Below, one piece after another: positions 63,917 to 64,000 of a stretch of 64,000 bases of DNA (the stretch's first letter is position 1; each line of letters begins with the position of its first letter). Below the pieces are notes generated by a model, which was not told where the DNA came from, did no database searches, and was given only the letters and a program-made list of their open reading frames with translations. Both the position numbers and the translations under genes were made by a program. The DNA comes from Amoebidium appalachense (Eukaryota; Protista; Ichthyosporea), in NCBI GenBank assembly GCA_963693365.1, contig CAVNZM010000010.1, positions 1,426,001 to 1,490,000 on the forward strand, in the 5' to 3' direction.

Positions 63917-64000
63917 AGCCTCAGGTGTCCCAGTCCTGGGAGCCAATGGAATCCGACCTTTGCAAATCCTGCCCCCCACCAACGCCAAAATCAGCAACGT
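63370..64000. repeat. ~546-bp-period tandem repeat running off the window: kinase-like exon fragment plus copy 2 of the 365-bp dispersed repeat
   Basis: cagcctcag(c/g)tgtcccagtcctgggagccaatggaatccgac...aaaatcagcaacgt at 63370-63454 and 63916-64000, each preceded by poly-A; 63511-63874 matches 51874-52240. Confidence 0.8.

Overview
Eukaryotic nuclear DNA, probably from a protist, in which introns and intergenic DNA are saturated with (CA)n/(TG)n, (GA)n and poly-C/poly-G tracts. Most ORFs in the supplied track are translations of these repeats. By hand-splicing at GT-AG sites with phase checks I reconstructed three intron-containing minus-strand genes: (1) 16523->4548, 12 exons, ~835 aa, N-myristoylation motif + three cNMP-binding domains + RGS domain + acidic tail; (2) 32749->~19312, 14 exons, ~491 aa, arrestin-N/arrestin-C + FYVE; (3) 39395->34663, 3 exons, ~491 aa, TM helices + charged coil + ankyrin repeats + MYND finger. 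Also present: a small spliced plus-strand gene (~46.3-49.9 kb), two intronless DOPA-4,5-dioxygenase-family paralogues, an intronless secreted FN3-like/ricin-B lectin protein, an intronless PIN/XPG-like protein, a 5'-truncated LINE, a SINE-like insert with an 18-bp TSD, and three MITEs. The most unusual signal is a recurring set of at least 16 'exon-edge echoes': same-orientation intronic copies of an exon's first or last ~20-80 nt that retain the AG or GT splice site. The best-preserved ones differ from the real exon mainly at synonymous positions. Many acceptors also have (CA)n directly before the AG instead of a U-rich tract. All domain calls are from motif recognition by eye; no database search was run.
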